Assembly: GCA_013626165.1 (NCBI GenBank)
Contig: NDHX01000003.1
Span: 64,115-128,114, forward strand
Origin: Candidatus Velesiimonas alkalicola
Lineage (GTDB): Bacteria; Omnitrophota; Gorgyraeia; Velesiimonadales; Velesiimonadaceae
Direction: 5' to 3'
Length of the DNA stretch: 64,000 nucleotides
Shown in pieces: positions 1 to 12,116 of the stretch (positions are counted from its first letter, which is position 1; each line of letters begins with the position of its first letter). The notes below the pieces were generated by a model. That model searched no databases, was not told where the DNA came from, and worked only from the letters and a program-made list of their open reading frames with translations. Both the position numbers and the translations under genes were made by a program.

Positions 1-719
1 GCAAGTCTATTATTCAGTATCTTTCCTATGAAAGATTTCCTTGATGTTCCTATAAGCACAGGACACCCGAGTGTATGTAGAATGTCCAGTTTGCGAAGAA
101 TTTCAAGATTGTGTTCCGGTGTTTTTCCAAATCCTATGCCAGGGTCAACTGCTATTTGAGTTTTTTTTAAGCCCTGTTTTAAGCCAATGTCTATTTGTTT
201 TTTAAGCCTGTTTATAATTTCTTTCAAAAGGTCTTTATAATGAGGATTTTTTTGCATTGTTTTAGGTGTTCCTTTGATGTGCATAATAACAATGGGAATA
301 TTTTGTTTTGCTGCAATTTTTGCTATTTCTTGTCCCTCAGATAATCCTCTTATATTGTTGATAATGCCCGCACCTGCATCAACAGCAGCTTCTGCAATAG
401 AAGACCTTGTTGTATCAACCGAAATAGGAACCTTTATTTTTTTTGAAAGTGTTCTTATAACCGGAATGGTTCTTTGATATTCCTCCTCTTTGCTTATCCA
501 TACCGAACCGGGTCTTGTTGATTGACCCCCTGTATCTATTATATCTGCCCCTTCTTCAACAAGTTTTATTCCTGTTTCAACTGCCAGAGTAAGATTTTTA
601 TATATTCCATCTCCTGAAAAAGAATCAGGTGTAACATTTAATATACCCATAATCAGGGTTTTTTTACCAAGCACAATTTTTTTCCCATTGCAGTCCCAAC
701 AAAATATCTTTCTTTCCAT
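1..719 (-). CDS. folP: Dihydropteroate synthase (C-terminus runs off the window start)
   Basis: Manual minus-strand translation from ATG at 719-717 gives MERKIFCWDCNGKK...ADIIDTGGQSTRPGS...VDPGIGFGKT. The pterin-binding DHPS motifs are present. The ORF is open to position 1. Confidence 0.85.
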   Translation of the reverse strand, partial: MERKIFCWDCNGKKIVLGKKTLIMGILNVTPDSFSGDGIYKNLTLAVETGIKLVEEGADIIDTGGQSTRPGSVWISKEEEYQRTIPVIRTLSKKIKVPISVDTTRSSIAEAAVDAGAGIINNIRGLSEGQEIAKIAAKQNIPIVIMHIKGTPKTMQKNPHYKDLLKEIINRLKKQIDIGLKQGLKKTQIAVDPGIGFGKTPEHNLEILRKLDILHTLGCPVLIGTSRKSFIGKILNNRL

Positions 720-720
720 A

Positions 721-825
721 ACCAAAATTCCATCGCCCCGTATTCCGTTCACCGTTTTCCGTTCACCAAAATGCCAGAGCGCAAGGGCACCAGTCGCCTG
801 TCACCTGTCACCGCTTGCCAGGTTC
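721..825. repeat. Intercistronic short-period repeat, family A copy (ccgttcacc / cctgtcacc / caccagtcgcc units)
   Basis: Direct read shows tandem 8-9 nt pyrimidine-rich units between the ftsH stop and the folP start. The same motifs recur at other minus-strand spacers. Confidence 0.6.
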
Positions 826-2685
826 TTATACCTTCACTATCTTTAGGCCAAGCAATTCCTCCACCTCTTTCATCTCAAGAACCTCTTTTTCCATCAATGT
901 TGTGGCAAGGATCTTAAGTTTATCTAAATTTTCAGATAGCACCTGTTTTGCCCTGGTATATGCGGTATTTAATAAACGATGAATTTCTTCATCAATAACC
1001 TGAGCGGTTTTTTCAGAATAATTTCTTTCCTCTAACAGGTCTCTTCCAAGAAATACCTGGTGCTGCCCTTTGCCAAGCGTAACAAGACCAAGCCCTTCTG
1101 CCATCCCATATTCACACACCATATGTCTTACAATCTCTGTCGCAATATCAAGGTCATTTGCCGCTCCTGTTGTTATTTCATTAAATATCAGTTCTTCAGA
1201 CGTCCTTCCGCCAAGCAATCCCACAACCCTTCCTAAAAGCTCATTCTTGCTTATTATATATCTATCTTCTGTGGGAAGCCTCATAGTATATCCAAGTGCA
1301 AGCCCCCTCGGTATCATAGAAACCTTATGAAGAGGTTCTGAACCTGGTATTAAAAGTGCAAGAAGTGCATGTCCTGATTCATGGTATGCAACCAACTGTC
1401 TTTCATGTGGACTTATTATTCTGCTTTTCTTTTCAGGCCCCGCAATAACCCTCTCTATGGCGGCTTGAAATTCAAGTATGGTAATGTCTTCTTTACCCTT
1501 TCTTGCTGCAAGAAGTGCAGCCTCGTTTACAAGATTTGCAAGGTCTGCCCCAGAAAAACCTGATGTTTGTCTTGCAATGGATTTTATATCAATATCCTTT
1601 GCAGGTTTTACTTTCTTTATATGAACATTTAAGATAGCCTCTCTTCCGAGAATATCTGGTCTGTTTATAACAATCTGTCTATCAAACCTTCCTCTTCTTA
1701 AAAGAGCAGGGTCAAGAACATCAGGCCTGTTTGTAGCAGCAACACATATGATGCCTTCCTGTGTGTCAAACCCATCCATCTCAACAAGGAGTGCATTAAG
1801 TGTCTGTTCTCTTTCATCGTGTCCTCCGCCAAGTCCTGCAAACCTCTGTCTTCCAACTGCATCTATTTCATCTATAAATACTATACAGCCCTTACCAATT
1901 GTTTTTGTAGCTCTTTTTGCCTGTTCAAAAAGGTCTCTTACCCTTGATGCTCCCACGCCTACAAACATTTCTACAAAATCAGAACCTGATATACTAAAAA
2001 ATGGCACACCTGCTTCTCCTGCGACAGCCTTTGCAAGAAGTGTTTTACCTGTCCCAGGAGCTCCCATAAGAAGAACACCTTTGGGTATCCGCCCACCGAG
2101 TTTCTGAAATTTTTTCGGGTCTTTTAAAAATTCTATTATCTCCTGCATCTCTTCCTTTGCCTCGTCAACACCCGCAACATCCTTAAATGTAATGGGATTT
2201 TGCGCCTGTGCAACCATTCTTGCGCCACTTCTACCGAATGAAAATATCTTTGCCCCCCCTTGCACTGCCCCACGAAAGAATAAAAGCCAGATTATAAATA
2301 TAAAAAGAATAGTAGGTCCAAAAAAAAGTAAGAACTGTTGCAATGCCCTTCTTGGTTGTCTATTTGTAAAATCAACACCGCTTTCTCTTATAAGTTCTAC
2401 CATTTGTGTGTCTGTTTCCGGTATTATTACACGGTATTTCTTTTCATCGCTCATCTGTACATGGAGTATATCTGCTTCTTTTTCAATAGCATGGATACCA
2501 AGGGGCGATGTTTTAAGTAGCCTGTAAAGTTCTCCGTCAGACATATTCTGGATTGTTTCCCGGTTTAGATTTGTTATAAAAAGCCATCCCAGTGTAATCA
2601 ATACAATAATCCACACAATAAATATAGGATTAAACTTTTGTTTTTGTTGACGTTCTCTTTTATTATCCTTTTTTATATTGTCCAC
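826..2685 (-). CDS. ftsH: ATP-dependent zinc metalloprotease FtsH
   Basis: N-terminal TM region, Walker [12 protein letters not shown] second region of homology, and HESGH zinc motif. Confidence 0.95.
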   Translation of the reverse strand: MDNIKKDNKRERQQKQKFNPIFIVWIIVLITLGWLFITNLNRETIQNMSDGELYRLLKTSPLGIHAIEKEADILHVQMSDEKKYRVIIPETDTQMVELIRESGVDFTNRQPRRALQQFLLFFGPTILFIFIIWLLFFRGAVQGGAKIFSFGRSGARMVAQAQNPITFKDVAGVDEAKEEMQEIIEFLKDPKKFQKLGGRIPKGVLLMGAPGTGKTLLAKAVAGEAGVPFFSISGSDFVEMFVGVGASRVRDLFEQAKRATKTIGKGCIVFIDEIDAVGRQRFAGLGGGHDEREQTLNALLVEMDGFDTQEGIICVAATNRPDVLDPALLRRGRFDRQIVINRPDILGREAILNVHIKKVKPAKDIDIKSIARQTSGFSGADLANLVNEAALLAARKGKEDITILEFQAAIERVIAGPEKKSRIISPHERQLVAYHESGHALLALLIPGSEPLHKVSMIPRGLALGYTMRLPTEDRYIISKNELLGRVVGLLGGRTSEELIFNEITTGAANDLDIATEIVRHMVCEYGMAEGLGLVTLGKGQHQVFLGRDLLEERNYSEKTAQVIDEEIHRLLNTAYTRAKQVLSENLDKLKILATTLMEKEVLEMKEVEELLGLKIVKV

Positions 2686-2821
2686 TATCTCCTCCGTCTT
2701 TTAAAATTTCCTTGCTTATTATACTATAAATTATATTAAATTCAAGATGTGACTTCCCGCTTCCCAATTTCTGGCGGGACGAAATTTGACTTTTGCCTGT
2801 GATTCTGTTATAATAGAGGAA

Positions 2822-2866
2822 GAAAATAAGGAGGTTCTGGAGTCTCAACTTGTAACCACATCTTGA
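2822..2866. repeat. 45-bp dispersed repeat, family D copy 1 (gaggttctggagtctcaacttgtaaccacatcttgaagccaggac)
   Basis: Nearly identical to the reverse complement of 21619-21663. Confidence 0.7.
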
Positions 2867-2934
2867 AGCCAGGACATAAATAAAAAAAATTACAGTATAT
2901 GCACCATAATATTTCTATCGTAAGAGGAATAGAA

Positions 2935-3162
2935 ATGATTTGTGATAATTGTGGAAAACAAGATGTGCATATCCGCAGAGTTGCCAGGACATATGGCAAG
3001 GGTAGGGACATTTTTGTAATAGAAAATGTTCCTATTGTAATTTGTCTGCACTGCGGAGAAAGTTATCTTGAGGCCGAAACACTGCATGAAATTGAACATA
3101 TTAAGTTGCACAAAAAGAGTTTTGCAGTTAAGCGTTCGGTTTCTGTTATCAATTTTGCTTAA
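2935..3162 (+). CDS. YgiT-type zinc-finger protein (MqsA-like N-terminal zinc-ribbon), orphan
   Basis: MICDNCGK...ICLHCGESYLEAETLHEIE, with two CxxC pairs and a CGE-YL motif. RBS agagga lies upstream of ATG 2935, so I prefer this start over the upstream ATG at 2899. Confidence 0.55.
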   Translation: MICDNCGKQDVHIRRVARTYGKGRDIFVIENVPIVICLHCGESYLEAETLHEIEHIKLHKKSFAVKRSVSVINFA

Positions 3163-3725
3163 AGAAAATAATCGTGCATTTCACATAACACCAGGTTTTG
3201 CGACGCTCCAAATTATTTAGATTAAGAATTGAGGTCGCTCCATGCCGTCCGTTTTATTATTGAGATTAAACTGAAATAGGTGTGCGGCACGACACGAAGC
3301 CTAACCGATACTCGGTCATCGGCTACACCCAAGTTCCCACTTTGTGGAAACTTTGTATGTCCGCATCTCGTCATACGCTTATTGGTCGCCTAAAAAAGGA
3401 AATAAGGTATGAAAAAATTATCCGACATTGAAATTAAAAAATTTATGTTATAATTGATAATTATTACAAGAAATTTTAAGAAACATATGGAGTCAAACTC
3501 CTTACCTATTGACAGTTAAATGACGGGTCGGGGAGTTTCCCGACTCATTATTCTGAGAAGCGGAGCAACGAAGGATCTCATGAGATTCTTCAGCCCTTTA
3601 GGCTTCAGGATGAGCCCTCAGAAGAAAATAGAGGAAAAAAACTCCCCGAGGGCTCAGTTAAATCTCATATTGATATACTGTAAACAGCAATTTTTAAACT
3701 TAAAATTCTTATAACAAAAGGTGGT
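3163..3725 (+). other. 560-bp ORF-free region with nested inverted repeats; candidate structured leader or small RNA
   Basis: ggggagttt (about 3527) pairs with aaactcccc (about 3642). gagccctc pairs with gagggctc. The segment is locally G+C-richer at 3290-3380. No ORF of 60 aa or more. Confidence 0.25.
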
Positions 3726-5168
3726 ATGGATAATGAGATAAAAGATATGTTTAAAACAAAACAGTCTTTACAAAAAGAAAAATGGGAAGAAATATTTGAA
3801 AAGGCAAAGTCATCTGCACTAAAAAATAATTATAGATATGCCCTGCATATGCTTGATGAGGTTGTTCAGTTAAAACCTGATTTGTATGAGGCACATATGC
3901 TTATGCGTGTCTGTGAAAGAAGAAAAACAGATGCGAACCCTCCCTCAATCGTAAGTAAAATTATAAGAATGATAAAGATCCCAAAGATAATATCATCAGG
4001 AACAGTTGCACTAAACCAGAACAAACCCCTCGTTGCAATCAAAATTACTGAAAAGGCACTTCATAGCAACCCCTATAACCCCAGGCTTCTTTCACTTCTG
4101 GCAGAAGCAATGCTAAGAGCAGGTATGATAGAGTCTGCAATAGGCACCTATGAAAGTATATTAGAGTTTAACAAAAAAAATACAAAGGTAATGAAAAAAC
4201 TTGGAGAATTATATTCAAGTAAAGAAGACTACAAAAAAGCACGAAATTATTTAAACGTTGCAAGTAGATTAAAACCAAACGATGATGAAATCCTGTTTCA
4301 ATTGAAAAAAATTGACGCACATGAAACAATACAAAAAGGAAGATGGGAAGAATCAAGCACAGGCACATTCAGAACAAGCGTAAAAGACACAGCACAGGCT
4401 ACACAGATTGAAAGAGAGGAAAAAATTGTAAGAACAGAGTCTGATATAGACCAGATGATAAAGTATTACGAAGAAAAACTTAAAAGCGAACCCTCTAATC
4501 CTACCTTTCTTAGGACATTGGGGGACCTTTATGTAAGAGCGGAAGATTATGATAAGGCAGTGGAAAAATACCAGGATGTATTAAAGATTGACAAAACAAA
4601 CCTTGCAATAATAAGAAAGATTGGAGATGTGAACTTAAAAAAGATTGAGTTACAGATGGAAAAAACGAAAGAAAAATTAAAAAAATCTCCCAATGACCCT
4701 TTCATCTTAAAACAAATTGAAGCCTTAAAAAAAGAGGTAGAGGCTACAAAATTAAAAGAGGCCGGAAAAAGAGCAGCGCTTTACCCAACAGATCCTTCAA
4801 TAAGATTTGAATATGGGGTGCTGTTGTTTCAAAATAAAAACTACGACAAGGCAATTGCAGAGTTTCAGACAGTTGTGCCGGATCCTGCAAGAAGAGTGCA
4901 GGCACTTCATATGCTCGGCGTATGTTTTAGAGAAAAAGGTATGAACGACCTTGCGGTTGCCCAGTTTGAAAGAGCATTAGAAAATATGACTTCTCTTACA
5001 GAAGAAAAAAAAGAGCTTATATATGACCTTGGAATAACACTTGAAAAAATGAAAAAGTACAACGAAGCAACAGAACAGTTTAAAAAGATATTTGAGGTTG
5101 ATATAGGTTATAAAGATGTTGCAAAAAAAATAGAAGAAGCATACAAATCAAAAGATAGTGAAAAATAA
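3726..5168 (+). CDS. Tetratricopeptide (TPR) repeat protein
   Basis: Repeated motifs of the form A--Y--A--L-P-- throughout the 480 aa. The stop overlaps the next start (taaatg). Confidence 0.7.
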   Translation: MDNEIKDMFKTKQSLQKEKWEEIFEKAKSSALKNNYRYALHMLDEVVQLKPDLYEAHMLMRVCERRKTDANPPSIVSKIIRMIKIPKIISSGTVALNQNKPLVAIKITEKALHSNPYNPRLLSLLAEAMLRAGMIESAIGTYESILEFNKKNTKVMKKLGELYSSKEDYKKARNYLNVASRLKPNDDEILFQLKKIDAHETIQKGRWEESSTGTFRTSVKDTAQATQIEREEKIVRTESDIDQMIKYYEEKLKSEPSNPTFLRTLGDLYVRAEDYDKAVEKYQDVLKIDKTNLAIIRKIGDVNLKKIELQMEKTKEKLKKSPNDPFILKQIEALKKEVEATKLKEAGKRAALYPTDPSIRFEYGVLLFQNKNYDKAIAEFQTVVPDPARRVQALHMLGVCFREKGMNDLAVAQFERALENMTSLTEEKKELIYDLGITLEKMKKYNEATEQFKKIFEVDIGYKDVAKKIEEAYKSKDSEK

Positions 5169-8100
5169 ATGAATTTTAAAATACAACCTAAAAAATTTAA
5201 CCATAATAATATCACATACACTTCCTCTGCCTCAACATTCCATTTCCATATCTCAAAAATCTGCAGGGAAAAATACAATATAGATGAGGATTTTTCTTCT
5301 ATTACAGGTAATGTGATTTTTAGAAATCTGAAGATTGCAAAAGAACTGGCATACAAAATAAACCAGAAAAGAAATCTTATTAAACAGCCGGAACAAACAA
5401 TAAGTGCAGGTCAGTTAAATGCAATGACTCTTGAGGATGAGATTTTTCATTATGTGCTCGGTATTTATAAAAGAAAGAAAAAATCCGATGTATTTGCAGA
5501 AGCCATTGAATATATTGAAAAAAAGATTGGTCCTGCCTTAAAACAAACACTTATAGATTTTGTTGAAACATTCCCGCCGCTTTCTGTTTATAGGGGTGGC
5601 ATAATCCCTAAAAAATATATAGAAGACAGCACCAACGGTATTAAAAATTCAGAGATAATTTTAGAAGAAATGTTTCTTACTTTTCTTGCAAACAACAATC
5701 CCGCATTTGAACAATTTCTTGAACTTTTTGACGATAAAATTCTTAAAAAAAACACATCCTATCTTGAAGTAATTTATAACCTTTGCAGATTTTTAGAAAA
5801 AAAACCAAGGTTTGGTCCTTATAATCAAGATATAGTAAATTTATTAAAATCCCCTGTTGTTGCACATCCAAGGTCTATTACAGGGCAACTTCTTTATATA
5901 AAAGAACACTGGGGATTGCTGTTATCCGAAGAACTTTTAGAAAAACTTTTACACAGGCTTCTTGTTGCGCTTGATATGATAAAAGAAGAAGAAAAGATGC
6001 CTTTTTTAGGGGCAATGGAAACATTTGTCCCCTTTTTTAAAAAAGGTATGGGACTTTATGATGAACCTGAAAGATACAGTCAGGATTTGGACTGGATGTC
6101 AAATATTGTACTGATTGCAAAAAACACATATGTCTGGCTTGACCAGTTATCAAAAAAATACCAGTATCCTATAACAACCCTTTGTGCAATACCCGATGAA
6201 GAGATAGACACACTTTTCAGATGGGGTTTTACGGGCCTGTGGTTAATAGGGGTGTGGGAAAGAAGTCCCGCCTCAAGAAAGATAAAACAGATAACAGGAA
6301 ACCCTGAGGCACATTCATCTGCATATTCTATCTATGATTATACAGTTGCAAATGAGTTGGGCGGAGAACAGGGATATGAAAATCTAAAACAAAGGGCTCT
6401 TAAAAGAGGTATAAGAATTGCCATAGATATGGTTCCAAACCATGTGGGAATATGCTCAAAATGGGTAATAGAACATCCGGACTGGTTTATACAACTACGG
6501 CATATTCCCTTCCCTAAATATCAATTCAATGGAACAGACCTTTCAGACAACACAAGGATAAGTATTTTTATAGAGGACGGATACTGGAACAGAACAGATG
6601 CTGCTGTTGTATTTAAAAGACTTGACAGACAGACAGGGGATGTTCGTTATATCTATCATGGCAACGACGGAACAAGTATGCCCTGGAATGATACGGCACA
6701 ACTAAATTTTCTTATCCCGGAGGTCCAAGAAGCGGTGATACAGCAAATTCTTAATGTTTCAAGAAAATCTTCCATCATAAGGTTTGATGCAGCAATGACA
6801 CTTGCAAAAAAACATTATAAGAGGCTCTGGTTCCCGGAGGCTGGAACAGGAGGAGACATCCCATCAAGGACTGAACATACTGTATCAAATGAGGAGTTTG
6901 AAAAACTATTTCCCGTTGAATTCTGGAGACAGGTTGTTGACAGGGTAGCAAAAGAGGCGCCTGATACACTTCTTCTTGCAGAGGCATTCTGGCTTATGGA
7001 GGGATATTTTGTAAGAACATTAGGTATGCACAGGGTATATAACAGTGCATTTATGAATATGTTAAAAAATGAAGAAAACTCAAAATACAGAAGTGTGATA
7101 AAAAATGTTATGGAGTTTGACAAAGAAATCTTAAAGAGATTTGTAAATTTTATGGATAACCCTGATGAGGTTCCAGCCGTGATACAATTTGGAAAAGACG
7201 ATAAATATTTTGGAATCACAGTAATGATGGTAACAATGCCCGGACTTCCGATGTTCGGACATGGACAGATTCAGGGGTTTAGAGAAAAATACGGAATGGA
7301 ATACAGGAAAGCATACTGGGATGAAAATCCTGATATAAAATTCATAGAAAGACATGAAAGAGAAATATTTCCTCTTCTTAAAAAAAGACCTCTTTTCAGC
7401 AGAGTTGAAAATTTTCTTCTCTATGACCTATATGCAACAGATGGCAGGGTAAATGAAAATGTATTCGCATACAGCAACAGGTACGGAGACGAAAGAGCAA
7501 TTGTTGTGTATAACAATAAATATGAAGAAGCATCTGGATGGATAAAAACATCTGCTGCATTTCTTGATAGAAAAACCGGTAAACTTATACAAAAAAATAT
7601 AATAGACGGACTTAAGATTAATTGCAGTGAGAAATCCTTCATAGTATTCAAAGATCTTATCACAGGGATGGAGCACATAAGAAAAACAGACAAAATAAGA
7701 TCCGAAGGGCTATATATAGAATTAGGGGCATTTAAGTACAATGTATTTCTTGATTTCAAGGAAATACAGGACACAACGGGAAAATATACAGAGATTGAAA
7801 AAAGACTTAAAGGCGCGCCCGTACAAAGTATTGAAGAGGCAATTCTTGAGATGAAACTCGAACCCTTGCACAACAGAATAAAAAATGTATTCTTATCCCC
7901 TGAACAAAATTTTGCAGAAGAGATTGAATCGTTTCTAAAAGATTTTTCAAAGCCCTATAATGTCAAAAAAACATTTAATAAATTAAAAAGATACAAAGCA
8001 TTTAAGGAACTTAAAAAAATATATCAGGATAAAGTTTTTTATATATTGGGCACATCAATTCTATTGTCATCTGTTAAAAATATGTTTTTCCAATCAGGGT

Positions 8101-8459
8101 TGCACAATGTAATAAAAAAGTGTCTTCTACAAAAGGGGATTAACAACGCTGAAAAAATTATGGAAAAGATCCTGTTTATTTCAGAAAATCAGGATATATT
8201 AAATATCTGGACAGAAAATAAACTTAAAAAAATTATTGGATGCAACCAACATAACAATGTTTTATGGTTTCACAAAGAAAGTCTTGAAGAATTCTTATAT
8301 TTGTTATATATTACTGAACTAATAAGTGGTAATGCCAATAACTACAGGATTTATCAAAAAACTATAAATCTTGCAAAAAAATGTGGTTATAGGTTTGAAG
8401 AGTTTATAAAGCGGGCCCGCCAGCAAACAAAGACAGACAGAAAACAAGAAGCTCTATAG
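5169..8459 (+). CDS. Large GH13 (alpha-amylase family) catalytic-domain protein with unassigned N- and C-terminal extensions
   Basis: GH13 regions are present: AIDMVPNH (region I), IRFDAAMTLAKKH (region II), LLAEAFW (region III), NFMDNPDE (region IV), and a SIYDY motif. About 330 aa N-terminal and about 350 aa C-terminal are unassigned. Confidence 0.65.
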   Translation: MNFKIQPKKFNHNNITYTSSASTFHFHISKICREKYNIDEDFSSITGNVIFRNLKIAKELAYKINQKRNLIKQPEQTISAGQLNAMTLEDEIFHYVLGIYKRKKKSDVFAEAIEYIEKKIGPALKQTLIDFVETFPPLSVYRGGIIPKKYIEDSTNGIKNSEIILEEMFLTFLANNNPAFEQFLELFDDKILKKNTSYLEVIYNLCRFLEKKPRFGPYNQDIVNLLKSPVVAHPRSITGQLLYIKEHWGLLLSEELLEKLLHRLLVALDMIKEEEKMPFLGAMETFVPFFKKGMGLYDEPERYSQDLDWMSNIVLIAKNTYVWLDQLSKKYQYPITTLCAIPDEEIDTLFRWGFTGLWLIGVWERSPASRKIKQITGNPEAHSSAYSIYDYTVANELGGEQGYENLKQRALKRGIRIAIDMVPNHVGICSKWVIEHPDWFIQLRHIPFPKYQFNGTDLSDNTRISIFIEDGYWNRTDAAVVFKRLDRQTGDVRYIYHGNDGTSMPWNDTAQLNFLIPEVQEAVIQQILNVSRKSSIIRFDAAMTLAKKHYKRLWFPEAGTGGDIPSRTEHTVSNEEFEKLFPVEFWRQVVDRVAKEAPDTLLLAEAFWLMEGYFVRTLGMHRVYNSAFMNMLKNEENSKYRSVIKNVMEFDKEILKRFVNFMDNPDEVPAVIQFGKDDKYFGITVMMVTMPGLPMFGHGQIQGFREKYGMEYRKAYWDENPDIKFIERHEREIFPLLKKRPLFSRVENFLLYDLYATDGRVNENVFAYSNRYGDERAIVVYNNKYEEASGWIKTSAAFLDRKTGKLIQKNIIDGLKINCSEKSFIVFKDLITGMEHIRKTDKIRSEGLYIELGAFKYNVFLDFKEIQDTTGKYTEIEKRLKGAPVQSIEEAILEMKLEPLHNRIKNVFLSPEQNFAEEIESFLKDFSKPYNVKKTFNKLKRYKAFKELKKIYQDKVFYILGTSILLSSVKNMFFQSGLHNVIKKCLLQKGINNAEKIMEKILFISENQDILNIWTENKLKKIIGCNQHNNVLWFHKESLEEFLYLLYITELISGNANNYRIYQKTINLAKKCGYRFEEFIKRARQQTKTDRKQEAL

Positions 8460-8473
8460 GTTTAAATAAGCCC

Positions 8474-9847
<1,374 letters not shown>

Positions 9848-9904
9848 TTAAACAATCCAGCCAGAGTTCCCCGTCTTAATAAGACTGTAATATAATCAAC
9901 ACTA

Positions 9905-9921
9905 CACAGGGGCCCTGTGTA
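9905..9921. terminator. Hairpin acacaggggccctgtgt between atpA and gdhA
   Basis: Perfect 7-bp stem with a 3-nt loop. The flanking U-run is weak. Confidence 0.3.
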
Positions 9922-9932
9922 TATTTGCTTGT

Positions 9933-11675
9933 TCAGACAAACTGTTCACCTAATTTTTTTTCTAATTCAACAAGACTTGAGATGTCTTTTTCCGGAATAT
10001 ATTTTGCTCTTACAATGTCCTGTCTTACAGGAAGACCCATTATCTTATCAAGGCTTCTGCCTTCTGTTAGTGCAGACTTTGAAAACTCATAGAATCTGAT
10101 TATTATCTTTAAGATAAGATACTGCTTTTTAAGTGTTGTATATGCATCAACTCCATCAAACGCACTCTGATGTAAAAAATCCTCTCTTATTGAACGGGCA
10201 GACTCAAGTATGAGTCTATCCTGTGGTGAGAGTGTATCCATACCAACAAGCCTTGCTATCTCCTCCAATTCTGATTCTTCTTGTAAAAGACGCATTGCTT
10301 CTGTCCTTATTATTGCCCAGTCTGTTGACACATTTTCTTTCATAAATTTAAGAACAGATTCCGTATAAAGCGAGTAGGAGTTTAACCAGTTAATTGCTGG
10401 AAAATGTCTTCTGTATGCCAATTTATCTTCAAGTCCCCAAAAAACTTTTGTTACCCTTAATGTAGACTGAACAACGGGGTCCGAAAGATCTCCTCCCGGA
10501 GGAGATACTGCACCTATAACAGTAAGCGTTCCTTCTCTTTCCGAAGAACCCAAACACTGAACCTTCCCTGACCTTTCATAAAACTCCGCAATACGGTATG
10601 AAAGATATGCGGGATACCCTTCTTCGCCCGGCATTTCTTCAAGCCTGCCTGATATTTCACGCATTGCCTCTGCCCATCTGGATGTTGAGTCTGCCATAAG
10701 TGCGACAGAATATCCCATATCCCTGTAATATTCAGCAAGTGTAACTGCTGTGTAGACACTTGCCTCTCTTGCTGCAACAGGCATATTTGATGTGTTTGCT
10801 ATAATTATTGTTCTTTCCATTAGCGGCTTACCGGTTTTTGGATCTTTTAATTTAGGAAATTCAATAAGAAGATCCGTAACCTCGTTTCCTCTTTCACCGC
10901 AGGCACAATATATTATGACCTCAGCATCTGCCCATTTTGCAATCTGATGCTGGCATACTGTTTTACCTGAACCAAAAGGACCGGGGATACAGGCAGTTCC
11001 ACCTTTTGCAACAGGGAATAATGTATCAATAACCCTCTGGCCTGTAACAAGCGGTTGGGTTGGTGTTAATTTACCTTTTACAGGTCTTGGATTTCTGACG
11101 GCCCACAGGTGAAATAACGGAATGTCAATAATGTTGTTGTCTTTTGTTTTAATTTTAAGCAAAGTATCCGCTACGGAAAGATTCCCTGAAAAAACTTTTT
11201 CAACCTTTCCAGAAAGATATGGGGATAAAAGAATTTTATGACAGATAAGGCTTGTTTCCTCAACCTCTGCAATTATATCACCACCCTGAATATTATCACC
11301 GGATTGGACAGAAACAGTTACATTCCATTTTTTGGTTCTATCCAGTGCAGGTACCTGGATACCCCTTTTTATATAATTACCTGAAAGCGTTTTTAAGATA
11401 TCAAGAGGTCTTAGTATGCCATCAAAGATGTTGCCTAAAAGTCCCGGACCAAGTTCAACGCTGAGAGGCATTTTTGTGGTATAGACGGGTTCTCCGACCC
11501 CGATGCCGTCTGTTTCTTCATATACCTGAATTGATGACCTGTTCCCTTTTATTTCAATAATTTCACCCATAAGACGGTGTTGGCTTACCTGAACAACATT
11601 ATACATCTTTGCCTCAGGTATGCCCTCAGCAATAACAAGCGGACCAGATACCTTTACTATCTTGCCAAATTCCAT
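9933..11675 (-). CDS. atpA: V-type ATP synthase catalytic subunit A
   Basis: Walker A GPFGSGKT, PAINWLNSYS, 580 aa. Typical A-subunit non-homologous insert region. Confidence 0.9.
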   Translation of the reverse strand: MEFGKIVKVSGPLVIAEGIPEAKMYNVVQVSQHRLMGEIIEIKGNRSSIQVYEETDGIGVGEPVYTTKMPLSVELGPGLLGNIFDGILRPLDILKTLSGNYIKRGIQVPALDRTKKWNVTVSVQSGDNIQGGDIIAEVEETSLICHKILLSPYLSGKVEKVFSGNLSVADTLLKIKTKDNNIIDIPLFHLWAVRNPRPVKGKLTPTQPLVTGQRVIDTLFPVAKGGTACIPGPFGSGKTVCQHQIAKWADAEVIIYCACGERGNEVTDLLIEFPKLKDPKTGKPLMERTIIIANTSNMPVAAREASVYTAVTLAEYYRDMGYSVALMADSTSRWAEAMREISGRLEEMPGEEGYPAYLSYRIAEFYERSGKVQCLGSSEREGTLTVIGAVSPPGGDLSDPVVQSTLRVTKVFWGLEDKLAYRRHFPAINWLNSYSLYTESVLKFMKENVSTDWAIIRTEAMRLLQEESELEEIARLVGMDTLSPQDRLILESARSIREDFLHQSAFDGVDAYTTLKKQYLILKIIIRFYEFSKSALTEGRSLDKIMGLPVRQDIVRAKYIPEKDISSLVELEKKLGEQFV

Positions 11676-11786
11676 TTTTACTCCGTTTTATCCGTATTCT
11701 GTCGCCAAGTCACCCACTACCTGTCACCTGTCATCTGTCACCTTGTCGCTTGTCCCCCTGACTCCTACCTGCTATCTACTATGTTG
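11676..11786. repeat. Family A short-period repeat (cctgtcacctgtcatctgtcacc ... ctacctgctatctactatg)
   Basis: Direct read. A 111-bp spacer between atpF and atpA is almost entirely repeat units. Confidence 0.65.
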
Positions 11787-12116
11787 TCACTGTTCCTCAA
11801 ACAGCCTGTCCGAACCTAACGCTTTTCTTGCAGCATTTTTAATCTTTTCAAGTCCCATAGAGTCTTCTGTCCTGCCATCAGGAATAACAACAAAAATAGG
11901 AAAAGTCTCATCAGGCAGAGGATGTAGTATATGCTTTAATTGTTTTGCCCATACTTGCGCAACATAAACAATAGAATAATTCTGTTTTTTAACATCTTCT
12001 ATTGCTTTTTTTGCCTGTGCTATGTCTGTAACTCCAAACATTTTTGCACCAAATACCTTAAAACAAAGAACCACATCTTCATCTCCAATAATAGCAATTT
12101 TATCGTTTTTTACCAT
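11787..12116 (-). CDS. atpF: V-type ATP synthase subunit F
   Basis: 109 aa starting MVKNDKIAIIGDEDVVLCFKVFG, typical of the F subunit. Confidence 0.75.
   Translation of the reverse strand: MVKNDKIAIIGDEDVVLCFKVFGAKMFGVTDIAQAKKAIEDVKKQNYSIVYVAQVWAKQLKHILHPLPDETFPIFVVIPDGRTEDSMGLEKIKNAARKALGSDRLFEEQ

Noticed and set aside
1070-2527. Several 60-120-aa plus-strand ORFs inside the ftsH region
   Set aside because: They all overlap ftsH on the opposite strand.
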